Source: Haliotis rubra
Taxonomy: Eukaryota
NCBI RefSeq assembly: GCF_003918875.1
Contig: NW_025767515.1
Coordinates: 62,001-126,000 of the forward strand
Direction of reading: 5' to 3'
DNA length: 64,000 bases
The notes beneath the pieces are model-generated. The model had not been told where the DNA came from. It ran no database searches and saw only the letters and a list, made by a program, of their open reading frames with translations. The position numbers and the translations under genes are program-made. Below are positions 12,601 through 23,572 of the stretch, one piece after another; the first letter of the stretch is position 1; every line of letters begins with the position of its first letter.

Positions 12601-15600
12601 GATTATACACACACAGTAAAACATACGGTTCCATAATTTCATTTCTGTATTTTCCAGCATATAGATAGATAATCCTGATAATCTATAATCCTGATGATTA
12701 CATAACACTAAAAATATCCTTATCCCAAAAATCCTGGGAATCATCACAACCAAAGTTATGATATCCACTGTTTCAAGCAGCATATCACTATTCATGGTAT
12801 TAGACCATGTTGTTATTGCCTGAAGAAATGCTACGCCCTTACCATGGTATATTCAGTTTGTAAGGTCAACAATGTTGGGTTGAAGTTGAAGGGACCTATG
12901 AAGATACTTCGTGTTATCCAACGCCAAAGGATGACTAAATTAGGAATATGCAGGGACCATGCTTTTACTTCAAGATAACTGTAAGTTCAACAAATCAAAG
13001 TTGGACACAGTGGTGTTTGTCTGTACTAAAGGTTTACTGCATTGTTAATCCATCAGCAACAGTTAATACCACAGACTGACTAACATGTGAATAATGAAAC
13101 AAACTGCTTCCCTAGCCAAGACCACAAGAAATGTTTTTTCAAGTTATTTCTCCAGAGAATCCTATCATACTAAATAGTAAAGTCATGTCAGTCTGTAAAT
13201 TCACTCTCTAGTCCAAACCAATGCGAAACAACACTTAATCTTCAGTCAGATATAATGAATGCATTGAGTACCATCAAGTTAAAGTTAGCCACTAGATTGG
13301 TAGTTCCAACAAGTCATAGACTGTCACAACACACCAAACATGTTTTTTAAAGTTACTTTCCACAACATCCTACAACACAGAGTAAGTGAGTGAGTTTAGT
13401 TTTAAACCGCTTTTGCCGATATTCCAGCAACATCATGCCAGGGGACACCAGAAATGGGCTTCACACATTGTACCCACATGGGGAATTGAACCCATGTCTT
13501 CAGAGTGAACGCTCTAACCACTAGGCTACCCCACTGCTCCCCTACTAGTCAGAACTGTAGTGTACAGACAAGCCATGTTCAGTCTGAGTAATCACCATCT
13601 AGGAGAAACAACCAACATGTAAGCACAATACTCCTTGGCCTGATATAACATTAGCCTGTGTGAGTCAGATCTCATCTATCAAGTACCACTAATGAACGGA
13701 CTCTCGTCAGTCCTAGTAAAATGTTTATGCAAGTTATTTCAACACCAGCTTGAATCAATCAATCATCAATACTAAGATATAAAGCAGTTAACGGTTACCC
13801 TACTGATACAGTGAAATAGCCATTTTGTACATGTAGCAATAAATACTAAGTGTAGACTGAGATGTTTGAAGGGAAGCAGACCATGAAGCATAGTGCCTCT
13901 TTAAGACCAGCCAGATCACAGTTGTAAGTTGGTCAAGTGTTACACATACTGGTATGCTGCAAACACTGAGGTCACATGACCCATCTTAGTTGCCCCTATC
14001 AACAAACATTTGGTAACCGACTTTCTCTGCCACAAACTACTTACATCATGATCCCAAGTCTGTTATCATGTTAACTGTGGCATTAGTTTCATAAGCTTCT
14101 GTTGTCACTGCTGACTAAAAATATTTTCCATTAATGTTCTATCAATTTTTCTGCGATTATCAAACAACAAATGGGAAAATTCTTGATGACTATCTCCTTA
14201 ATGCATGAAAGTTAATACTTGTAAACAATCCAACTCACTTAGAGATGCTGATGCTAACCGTCCAACAATAGAAACCTTGTCTTTGTCCCTTGGACTTCTG
14301 GTCTGGAAATGTAACAGTGAACAAAAGGTCATCAAGGTTAGTAACACAACTCAATACCACATCCCATCTGTGTCATCATCTTACTTAGTCAATTAGTCAA
14401 AAAAGTCAAAAAGGTTAGCACTGGTAAATTATATACTTGGTGCTAAAAAAATGGGCTGGAAAAAAAAAGACAGTACAATTGTGCATATATGATATAGAAC
14501 ATATCATGTATATATGTATGTTTCATGTGCGGTATTATAAGCAGGAGATTTGGAGGGGGAAAGACCTCTGAAATCAAAGAATATAAGAACAGTTAAGAAG
14601 CTTTTGATAAATAGAAATACTCCAATAGAATTATCATTGTTCACAAAGCACACACCGACTTAACAACCAGAACTTGCAGATTTGTACATCCAGCAATTGC
14701 TAATATTGATATAATGATAATATATACTAACAATATTACATACTGATGTTTGAGATTCATCTGGTGGCAGATGAAATGAATACATGCTAGGAAAATCATC
14801 TAGCGAGAAATTATGAACCTGAAAATGAATGTGCTACTGCCAAAATGATACATCTTGTCTCTTCAAAAATACACAGTCCGTTCAAAAGATTTCTCCCTGG
14901 AATCTGACGAATATGCAAGAAGAGAGCAATAATTCCCAACTCAGCAATGGTCAGTAACTGTAAAATGGCATTGAACAATGTTATATTAACTGTAAAATGG
15001 AGTGGAATAACATTACATGAACTTAAAATTGTGAGGAATAATGATATGTTGCCTGTACAAAGTACTAAAATGGCATTGAATAATATTATATCAACTGTAA
15101 ATTGGCATTGAATAATGTTTTCATCAAGCTTATGTTTGTTTGCTAGTTGTTTAACACAGCAGCCAGATATTACAGTTATTTCATGACAATCTGCAAATAA
15201 CCACTCTGGACCAGGCAAACAAAGAACTGAATGTTCTGGAACATCCCACACCTTGAAGGTATGATGACAGGCACTCATGAATGCAACAACAATGTGTATC
15301 CCTGTGCTCTAAAAATTTATATACAGCATTTGAATTTGGTGAGTTAGAACCATACAGATGATAAGTAAAAAGAAGCTAGAGCAACAAAAGTGATAAAACA
15401 AAAATAAACACCTGGTGCTTTACCTTAGAAAAGCGAATTCCTGGCAATCCAGTTATAACAGATGACAGTGAATGAATTGATTTCACATACTTTGAGCTCA
15501 TCATTTTCACAAATATCTGTACTAGACATGAAAAAATCACTCTCATGAAAGCTCATTTTAAAATTCCACTGTACGCCCATGCTTGGTGATGGCAACACGT

Positions 15601-16304
15601 GTGGCTACTTGCCAGAGTCGTAGTAAGCTATTATCACATTTAAGAGGTCAGTTCATGCTCTTACAATATGTAATGGTTGACCTTTGGCTTGGATGAGGAA
15701 GGAAGGAAGGCTGATACATGTGACTGCTGAAGCTTGGCACTTGAAACAATTAGAGTGATAGGCAAACTGCCAACAATGTGGGATGTACTGATATCAGATC
15801 AGTTCAACTTTGTGAACATTATCACCACAGGTTAGTACACCCTCAGATAATCATAACAACTGTTATCAGATAGCAGACTGAAATGATTATAAGTAGTGTG
15901 ATGCTTAACAAGAGTAAAACCTATAGTTACAACAGGTGGCAATGACAAACAATACAACAGAATCAGCGCCAGTTCGTAGTCACTGGACATTCTTTTCTCT
16001 CCATATTGAATTCTTAAACCTGCGAAATTAAGTTAGATATAATAGACAGAAGTTTCAAAATCCAAGAAGTTGTGTTTGGGAGAGGTGATCTGGACACTGT
16101 GAGAACACGAATGGGCTAGTGTGGCATTTTGTGAGGATGTTATTGTAAAAAACGGTTTCATTGGATTTAGAATCCTATTGCATGAATGTAATGGAATGTT
16201 GAACGTACAAATAGTTCGTTGTCAAGGCGCCATTCAGTCTGAACAGACAAATCATATAAAATATTCTCTTCTGCTACATCCACGTCGTCTACTTCTGCCG
16301 CCAT
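552..16304 (-). CDS. NBAS: Neuroblastoma-amplified sequence (NBAS/Sec39 family), first 12 coding exons; gene continues beyond left edge
   Basis: Phase-consistent GT-AG exons: 16209-16304, 14239-14302, 12466-12508, 4565-4645, 3937-3984, 2898-3075, 2484-2569, 1896-2193, 1576-1647, 1193-1321, 973-1036, 552-601. The peptide contains ENILYDL..TEW, LLPEALVKLVNSQINWH, QEQCVDIR, DPCPQWRCVVWS, WSAELLVINYHG, LLVGGC, DGVYKMCVSPAG..LHLSGKLSVW, PGYDE and LLDVNFW, colinear with the NBAS N-terminal beta-propeller as I recall it. Confidence 0.93.
973..1036 (-). CDS. NBAS: NBAS exon 11
   Basis: PGYDEVCPKLAENPQKRKRIK. Confidence 0.88.
1193..1321 (-). CDS. NBAS: NBAS exon 10
   Basis: DGVYKMCVSPAGDTLVALHLSGKLSVWHLPSLRHKVAWTLEDQ. 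Confidence 0.92.
1576..1647 (-). CDS. NBAS: NBAS exon 9
   Basis: ANKGMSILSMLRVPQLSAWKGGFV; tttcag / GTGAG. Confidence 0.8.
1896..2193 (-). CDS. NBAS: NBAS exon 8
   Basis: SAELLVINYHGRLKSY...LLVGGC...GITAWRLLSDIPHYKLITDYDTGMTQ. Confidence 0.93.
2484..2569 (-). CDS. NBAS: NBAS exon 7
   Basis: ETTENTPHDLSCAVAALIFTDHQHPDNKW. Confidence 0.88.
2898..3075 (-). CDS. NBAS: NBAS exon 6
   Basis: SHRDGYESTVGRGSFQRDPCPQWRCVVWSPDNTMLACSRSCGAVDVFDIMGSLLFTIPG. Confidence 0.92.
3350..3898. repeat. Minisatellite, about 33-bp unit GTCATGTCAATGTTTGTCAGTGTTCATCATGGT
   Basis: Tandem copies with deletion variants in NBAS intron 5. Confidence 0.9.
3937..3984 (-). CDS. NBAS: NBAS exon 5
   Basis: EGKVVAILQEQCVDIR. 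Confidence 0.9.
4565..4645 (-). CDS. NBAS: NBAS exon 4
   Basis: TATPCLLPEALVKLVNSQINWHIAVG. Confidence 0.9.
4787..11180. repeat. 6.4-kb satellite, 24-bp unit ACCAAGCTCAATGAAAGTGTTCCA (about 265 units) with higher-order blocks
   Basis: Direct inspection; fills most of NBAS intron 3. Confidence 0.97.
11220..11542. mobile_element. Degenerate Helentron/HINE-like non-autonomous element
   Basis: AACTAG start, GGACAGACAGATGGACAG microsatellite, terminal GGGGGTAAAAA; resembles the element at 30887. Confidence 0.4.
12466..12508 (-). CDS. NBAS: NBAS exon 3
   Basis: ttttctag / GTAAGT; 43 nt restores the phase; RSVWTFLRTVGVPLQ. Confidence 0.7.
13380..13540 (-). mobile_element. tRNA-derived SINE, family A
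   Basis: Head GGGGTAGCCTAGTGGTTA...GGTTCAATTCCC; body TGTGTGAAGCCCATTTCTGGTGTCCCC; tail GCTGGAATAT..(ACTC)n. Confidence 0.88.
14239..14302 (-). CDS. NBAS: NBAS exon 2
   Basis: tttccag acceptor, TRSPRDKDKVSIVGRLASASL, GTGAGT donor; phase fits. Confidence 0.7.
16209..16304 (-). CDS. NBAS: NBAS exon 1 (ATG at 16304)
   Basis: MAAEVDDVDVAEENILYDLSVQTEWRLDNELF, then GTACGT donor. Confidence 0.88.
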
Positions 16305-16780
16305 GTTTAAACCCTCATAAAGTGTTTCATGTATAAATTGCACAATACGTCGTCAATATCTATTCCAAGTCAGAATTCATGTAAATTGTATTTTCATTTA
16401 TCTTAATAAAAGTAATGTTGAACATTATGATCTTGGACAAACTTCTGATCATGACATAAGCGAACAGCGACGTCGGTTAGAGGCTAAAGCTGTGGCGTGT
16501 ACTATTAATTATGTGGAGGAAACAGGTTGTAAATACAAAGTATATGACGCATATTTGATTTATTCAAAGAATAAGTAAAAGAGGAAAGCTATAGGAATTA
16601 CACAGTAAAGTATATCCCTTATTTCCTTTATGTTTTGTGGATTATGATACCTATATTCTGTTGATATAAGTATAAAATCCCCCCTATGACAAATGAGCCA
16701 ATCCGGGGAAATCCCAAACACGGTACACATTTCACTTCTCATCAGAAGTGGGATTCCCTCGTCAATGTGATTTGATCTGG
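16305..16780. promoter_or_regulatory. Putative bidirectional promoter NBAS / PPCDC
   Basis: Divergent start codons at 16304 (-) and 16781 (+), under 500 bp apart; CpG-containing patch near 16460-16500. Confidence 0.6.
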
Positions 16781-16876
16781 ATGGGAGAAAGCAACGTTTT
16801 GGTTGCCTGTACGGGCAGCGTAGCGTCTATCAAAATACCAAAACTGATAGAACACATAACAAATTCAGATGCGAAG
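16781..16876 (+). CDS. PPCDC: PPCDC coding exon 1
   Basis: MGESNVLVACTGSVASIKIPKLIEHITNSDAK. Confidence 0.92.
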
Positions 16877-19740
16877 GTATTTGTTTCATCGTTTGTAATT
16901 TAAGCCAGATTTATCCATGATATTATTACTGTTGTCTCTGGTAAAATCAGATGGTTGTTCTGTTGTTTTTACAATATATGAATTGTTGCAAATTCCATGG
17001 TATTAGAACCTGTTGTTACACTAAATAAGCGTGATTTTTTGCTCTCTCCAGATTGAAGTCAAGTTAGTGACAACACAAAATGCTCAACATTTCTTCAACC
17101 CAGGAGAACTGACTGTTAAAGTTCATACAGATGCTGAGGAATGGGAGGTATATGACCCTAAAAACATTAGAACATTTTTGGAGCTGAATGTTGGTTGCAA
17201 GGTTGCAGCATTAAACTTTATAAGGAAATATGAATATATATAGGTGATAATTACACACAAACAGATTGCTTTTCTTATTAAGTTATAACTAGTCAATATT
17301 AATTAATGATCTCTGATTCTATCAGTTGGTGAAATATTGACAGATGCCAGAAAGAAATAGAAAGAATTTCTCTTAAAAACAGGTTATCCTCACTTGACAA
17401 AAGAGGAGGAGGGGTAGCCTAGTGGTTAAAACGTTCGCTCATCACACCAAAGACCAGGGTTCAATCCCCCACTATGGTTCAATACTAGTATATGAAGCCC
17501 TTTTCTGGTGGCCCCCACTGTGAAATTGCTGGAATATTGCTAAAAGCGGCATAAAACAAAACTCACTTGACAAAAATGATGACATTTTGTTTTTACTGTG
17601 GTCTAACTAGAAACTTGTAGGATCATTATAATCAAAGTCCAAACTTACTATGTTTCTTGCATATGTGTAAATCAAGTATCTAATAATAATACTCTGTTTG
17701 ATATTGCCACAGTTTCAGTGGATCAGCTGTCTTGTATTGTTTCAATGTTTCCAGAGTTGGAAAAGAATTGGAGACCCAGTTCTCCACATTGAACTGAGGA
17801 GATGGGCCGACTTAATGGTCATTGCACCTCTAGATGCAAACACCATGGCAAAGATCTCAAATGGCATTTGTGACAATTTGTTGGTAAGTTGATTGTTACT
17901 TGTTATGTAGGAACAAGTGAGAAACAAAGAGTCTACTCCATCAAGCGGCACAATATCCAGTTGTTTACACACCCTGGCATGTTTTAATAAGCAACAGTTT
18001 TCTTTCACTGGGTCAGAATCGAAAGCACCAATGTCAAGCACTCACTAAAAAAATTGTTCTTGTGTTTCTTATCACATGTACAATCATCAGAAACATGTGT
18101 GTTTGTCACAAGAATTGATTTGATAAATAAGATAATAAGATTCATTGATTTGGTTGATGCGTCATTGTACACAAAGGCATGGTTCATGCTCCTAACATCA
18201 ATAACTGGTGTGTCTCACGTATTTACAGGCTGTCATGTTGAATATGTACAAACATGTTATACAAACTAATAACAAAGACTTGAAAAAACTTAAATTTTGA
18301 ACTTATATCTATAATGTCAGCAGAATATTTCTCATGTGATAAGATGTTGGTATTGAGTAATTGCATATATAATAAATATGATCAGATGATATATGTTGAT
18401 AATTAAAATATTATCCTATATATCATACAATACTTGTATCTGGTGGTATTGGTGGATTCATGACGTGTGTTGGTTTGCTGTTATCTGTTCCCACTTTGAG
18501 CAACACAATAATAATCTCTTGTATTATAATGATGGAAGTGTTTCTACTGTTAGACATGCATTGTCCGGGCATGGGACATGAAGAGCCCTCTACTGTTTGC
18601 TCCTGCAATGAATACCCACATGTGGGAGCACCCACTGACAGCTCAACACCTCTCAACACTGAGGGGCCTGGGCTATAGGGAGATCCCCTGCATCAAGAAG
18701 ACACTGGCATGTGGAGATACAGGTTGAGTTGATAATTTGGGAAGGTGAAATGGGGACAAAGAACATATACTGGGCCACTTATTTGACAATTGTTGAAGAA
18801 ATAAATATTTTCTCAGAAAGAGAAGCCAGAAACATTTATGGGAGACATGCAACAGAGGTATTTCAGGGCATCAAGCCAATCAATTGTTTAATATTTTTAA
18901 CCCTTGAAGAAGTATTCCTTTTACCAATATTACTAAACAATTAAATATCTTCTTTTTTTTTAAATAATTACATAAAACTGATAACTAATGTAAACCTGAG
19001 ACAGAAGGTCAGCATACTTTGGTGGGTGTGGGGAAGGTGGTTGGGAAGGTTATGCACTGTTGACAGATCAGCTGTAGTGTAACCTGTTAGTGCACCATGT
19101 TGACAGATCAGCTGTAGAGTAGGCTGTTAGTGCACCGTGTTGACAGATCAGCTGTAGAGTAGGCTGTTAGTGCACCGTGTTGACAGATCAGCTGTAGAGT
19201 AGGCTGTTAGTGCACCATGTTGACAGATCAGCTGTAGAGTAGGCTGTTAGTGCACCGTGTTGACAGATGAGCTGTAGAGTAGGCTGTTAGTGCACCATGT
19301 TGACAGATCAGCTGTAGAGTAGGCTGTAAGTGACTGACTGAGTTTGGTTTTACGCCGCTTTTAGCAATATTCCAGCAACATCACAGCGGATCACTAATGT
19401 AAACCTGAGACAGAAGGTCAGCATGCATTGGTGGGTGAGGGGAAGGTGGTTGGGAAGGTTATGCACTGTTGACAGATCAGCTGTAGAGTAGGCTGTTAGT
19501 GTTGACAGATCAGCTGTAGTGTAGGCTTTTAGTTGGAAAATGTTAACCAAAATGTTTTTTCATGCATGTATATCTGCTATCATGAAAATGCCAGTTGTTG
19601 TTAGACTGTTGTGCAGTTTAGGTCTGTGTGTTTCAGGGTTTGGAGCAATGGCAGAGGTGGAGACAATTGCAGCACAAGTTATGGCAGCTCTACTGCCTCA
19701 GCAACAACACCCCTCATCAAGTCAACATGAATCAAAATGA
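16781..19740 (+). CDS. PPCDC: Phosphopantothenoylcysteine decarboxylase (HFCD flavoprotein, CoA biosynthesis), complete, 5 coding exons
   Basis: Exons 16781-16876, 17052-17147, 17755-17883, 18554-18722, 19637-19740. Motifs TGSVASIK, VLHIELRRWAD, PLDANTMAK, GICDNLLTCIVRAWD, PAMNTHMW, LACGDTGFGAM. AATAAA near 20102. Confidence 0.96.
17052..17147 (+). CDS. PPCDC: PPCDC coding exon 2
   Basis: IEVKLVTTQNAQHFFNPGELTVKVHTDAEEWE. Confidence 0.92.
17403..17561 (+). mobile_element. tRNA-derived SINE, family A, with 14-bp TSD
   Basis: A/B boxes; TSD CTCACTTGACAAAA at 17389-17402 and 17562-17575. Confidence 0.9.
17755..17883 (+). CDS. PPCDC: PPCDC coding exon 3
   Basis: SWKRIGDPVLHIELRRWADLMVIAPLDANTMAKISNGICDNLL. 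Confidence 0.95.
18554..18722 (+). CDS. PPCDC: PPCDC coding exon 4
   Basis: TCIVRAWDMKSPLLFAPAMNTHMWEHPLT...KKTLACGDT. Confidence 0.95.
19057..19328. repeat. 40-bp minisatellite (about 7 copies)
   Basis: TGTTGACAGATCAGCTGTAGAGTAGGCTGTTAGTGCACC[A/G] in PPCDC intron 4. Confidence 0.92.
19637..19740 (+). CDS. PPCDC: PPCDC last coding exon
   Basis: GFGAMAEVETIAAQVMAALLPQQQHPSSSQHESK*. Confidence 0.92.
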
Positions 19741-20674
19741 TGACCAAAATACCGCCATCTTTACATCAGTTCCTGGTATCAGGGATTCCCTATCTATAAA
19801 GAATACAATTATGCTGGTTGGGGTATCATATATCTTATGAATGAGTGAGTCATTGGGGTTTTACATCCATTTAGCAAGTGTTCCAGAGATACCATAGTGC
19901 GGAACACACTCTCTACACATGTGTATCACTAGATACTTGGTATGGTACATCTCACATGCTGTTTGAACGTATATTGGTCTCGCACCATCAGGCATGTAAT
20001 CAGAGTATATTATACAGATACTAGGAGTCTAAGAGTATCTGTTTGATGTGCACCTGTGGTGGGATACTGTTGTTTTAGTTTTGCAATATTGTTACTTTGG
20101 AAATAAAGTCTATTTCTTCTTTTTTAATTTTATGCTTTGAGTATTATTTGACGTTATTTGTATCCTGGTATTATGATGGGTTTTCCGACACTTAAGAAAC
20201 ATTTGTGGTTTTGTTTCTTATCACATGAACAGCTATAAAACATCTCACTAACTTATAAAAGATAACTTTATCCTGAAGAAACCATCATTCAAGAATTTAC
20301 AATGTCTGTGTGACGCCTCATAGCCCATGTAGGCACTAAAGCACTGTCGGAAATATAAAAAAAATTCACATTTATATGTACAATTTTATGTAGTTAATGT
20401 ATGAAAGTGTGAAATATCTGTTTAACTAAGTTCAGCATAACTACAGTCTCAGTGGTAGGGAGATAGGAAACGTAACAAAAGGACTTTACTGGAGAGAGAT
20501 TAGTGCTGATATGAGCAATGCAGGTTTTTTTCTGAGTTCGAAGAGACTTATTTAGAACAGACCATGGCTTTATGCAAATTAGTGTGCGATGATGTTGTAT
20601 TTCAAAGGACACTTTTAAATGCCTATTTTGAAACTAGACTTAGCTTCATTACAAACGATAGCTGACTTTAAAAA

Positions 20675-20840
20675 TGGGTTTAACGTCGTGCTTTAACGTG
20701 TGTGTGTGTATGTGCGGCTGCTTGTACTAGCCCAGACTTAAGCTGGTTTTATAGTGCTAGCTCACTGAGATACCATGCCGAAGTACGTCTTTTGGTATAC
20801 GCGGTCGGGAAACTATAACCACTACACCACGGAGGCGGGA
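20675..20840 (-). mobile_element. Internally deleted copy of the adjacent SINE
   Basis: Shares the tail block and head (TAACCACTACACCACGGA) with 20860-21245. Confidence 0.75.
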
Positions 20841-20859
20841 TGGAGTAGCTACCATGGAG

Positions 20860-21245
20860 GTGAGGTGAGGTGAAATTGGGTTTAACGTCGTGCTTGAGAA
20901 TATTTCGCTCATATGACGACGTGCATGCGTGTGTATGTGTATGTACGGCTGCTTGTACTAGCCCAGACTTAAGCTGGTTTTATAGTGCTAGCCCACTGAG
21001 ATACCATGCCGCAGTGAAGCATGAATACCCCAGCCTCAGACACAGTATACTGACTCCTAGTGTAAAATTAAAGTATATATTCGAGCCGACCAGTCCTTGT
21101 TGTACCCATTAATGCCGTGCGCCAGGCAGAGACCAACAAGTACCATACTTTAACGTCTTTTGGTATGACGCGGTCGGGGATCGAACCCGCGACCTTCCGC
21201 TCTCCGGGCGGACGTTCTAACCACTACACCACGGAAGCGGCCCCC
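20860..21245 (-). mobile_element. tRNA-derived SINE with Meta/MESC-like core
   Basis: Head GTGGTGTAGTGGTTAG...GGTTCGATCCCC followed by GTCATACCAAAAGACGTTAAAG...GGTACTTGTTGG; (CCTCA)n tail. Confidence 0.85.
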
Positions 21246-21781
21246 AGGGTTAAGGAATCTCAGATTAACGATTATTGAAATTAAGAGGATGCCTGTTGGA
21301 CTGACTATATTCCCATACACAGCTATACACCATATTTCAACAACGGCCTCTTTCAGGATTAGTTGCTAGACACAGGCAATGCATTCCTCTTGGTTGAATA
21401 ACGTGATGGTATGACGCCAGGCAGCTATCGTCCATGTTATCAGCATTCACACAAACATATTAAATATTGTATTATTCCACTTTACTGCACTTCCTCTCCT
21501 AAATCAACATATACATTACTTCAGTCTCTGTAGCTTTGTCTGTGGTTTGTTGAAAGAGCTTCTGGAGCGCAAAGTTCACTCATCTGCAAATACAGCAGGC
21601 TGTTTCCCTTTATAGAGGGTTCACGGAACAACAGAGAGCTATACTGATCTGGTTACAGAGAGAGTGCTTAAAGCAGCAGCACTATCCTTATAATTATTTG
21701 CTGCATAGCTGGCAAAACAAATTAGCAAAGAAGGGAGTCCTGTTAAATAACTAGACTCATGAGAATGTCAGTACAATTACC

Positions 21782-21983
21782 ATAGTCCGTTTGGCTCAAA
21801 ATCGGACCGATGAATTGCAATCTAACTCGAAAACTTCTAACCATATAGTACTCATTGAAACACTGATCATAATAAAAACATCAGACCAACTCTGTGAGGA
21901 ATGTATGCCAGTTGTTTAACGCTATCCGATACAGTTTATTTGAGCCAGGAACGGACGGTCCGATTTTGAGCCAAACGGACTAT
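21782..21983. mobile_element. MITE with 28-bp perfect terminal inverted repeats
   Basis: ATAGTCCGTTTGGCTCAAAATCGGACCG at 21782-21809; reverse complement at 21956-21983. Confidence 0.85.
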
Positions 21984-23426
21984 AGTTAGGCGATTACAAT
22001 GGCGAATGGAAAGTGTAAAGGTATGTGTTATCTGACGTATTACTATTATAATTTGTGAGAATTGTCTGATTCTTTAACAGACCACGGAACATGACAATGA
22101 TGAAGTCGGAGGGGTGTTAATTTATTTCAAAATTCGGTATTCCTGTGACAAAGCAACACTAAAGTGCTTAAAATGTTGTAACATACACCAGCTTCCTACA
22201 TGAGCAAATATCCAAAGTTAAGAGTGAAATAATAAAATCGCACGTCTCCTTTTTAAATTAATAGGCACACCCTCGATATATACTTGAATTTAGAGAGAGA
22301 GTGTGGGTTAAGAAAGACGTACAATTTCACTAATCAGTAAAACGGACTCCTGCACAATATGTAAACCAAAAAATAATTCGCTTTCATCCGTGCTCAGATT
22401 ACATATGTGCTTGTCAATGACTACCAGCTGTTGACCTCGGGATGAATAGATTAGTAAGTCAATCTTTGGGTAGCCATATTCCGAAATTCTGGACCAAATG
22501 AACATCGTTAACTTACACCCACAACTCCGGAAAAACGACAAATATAAATCCATTTTCAAATATAAACCCATCCAAACTCAAATACAAGATTTTCTAGACG
22601 ATAATATCAGGTGTTTACTGACAAGCAGATAATTCAGCCGATATGCTGTTTGATATCGTTTCATATTTAATTTGTAATTTATCCGAAGCTTGTTGTTTTT
22701 TTCCCCGATTAAAATAGATTTCCGTATGTCAGGACAAATGTCGCTGATATGTTGTCGGATGAAGGTGATTGAATGGCATGACGAGTGTCTTCAATGTATT
22801 ATTGTACCTATGTGTGATAACACTTCGCTGCTGTGTACGAAATGTGCGACAGACATTTGAAGAGAAAACTCAAATTGAAAAATGATCAAAGACAAAAAAG
22901 CGACAAAGCCTTTCTGAATACACCGAGGCTTCTCCTTACATTCTCTGACATCAACTTAAAGGATACACGGTGGCCAAAGCACTGCAAGCAGTTATGTTTC
23001 TTGGTGGTGCCAGGATGCTATGATATCAAGGCTTCGGGTCCAAGATTAGTCTAGGCTGGTTATGATTTGTAGCTCTATCAGCACCACAGTGTACTAAGTT
23101 TCATTGAGCTGCATCTCTGGGCACCCTCCCCATCCCTTCCAAGCTGATCGGCTCTACTCCCATACTATTTACTCCCTGAACATGTAAATAAAAGTTTGGA
23201 ACGGAACTTATAAAGTTCAGCTTACTATAACAACTAGTCAAGAAAATACTTCTGCGAGTGTGGTCTCTACATTATATGACAGATATGTACCATGTTGTCT
23301 TGTAAATCATTCGAATGGATTCCTGGCCGCAAAATATGGCCCCTGTTGTCCATACGCGCTAGTTAACAACAGTAAGCGGAGTACCGGCTGGTGACAACGT
23401 GCACCATAAATGATCACGCGAAAGTG

Positions 23427-23483
23427 TGACGTCACAATACTTCTTACGTCATGATGACAGCATGTTTTTCGTCTGTGACGTCA
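23427..23483 (+). promoter_or_regulatory. Cluster of three CRE/ATF sites
   Basis: TGACGTCA 23427-23434, TTACGTCA 23444-23451 and TGACGTCA 23476-23483, 90-150 bp upstream of the ATG at 23573. Confidence 0.7.
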
Positions 23484-23572
23484 CCCCATTGTGGTAGTGT
23501 TCAGCCCAGTTCTGGGGTTGTGATGACATAGGTGTACCTTCTCCGTCTACTCCACCACCCAGAGCTGCCCTG

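Noticed and set aside
15424-15580. Small minus-strand ORF or C/D snoRNA-like words in NBAS intron 1
   Set aside because: No homology, and no properly placed box D or terminal stem.
21165-21245. tRNA gene (also heads at 17410, 34790, 35585, 49430)
   Set aside because: The A/B boxes continue into SINE bodies with tails and, in several cases, TSDs; no complete cloverleaf with terminator.
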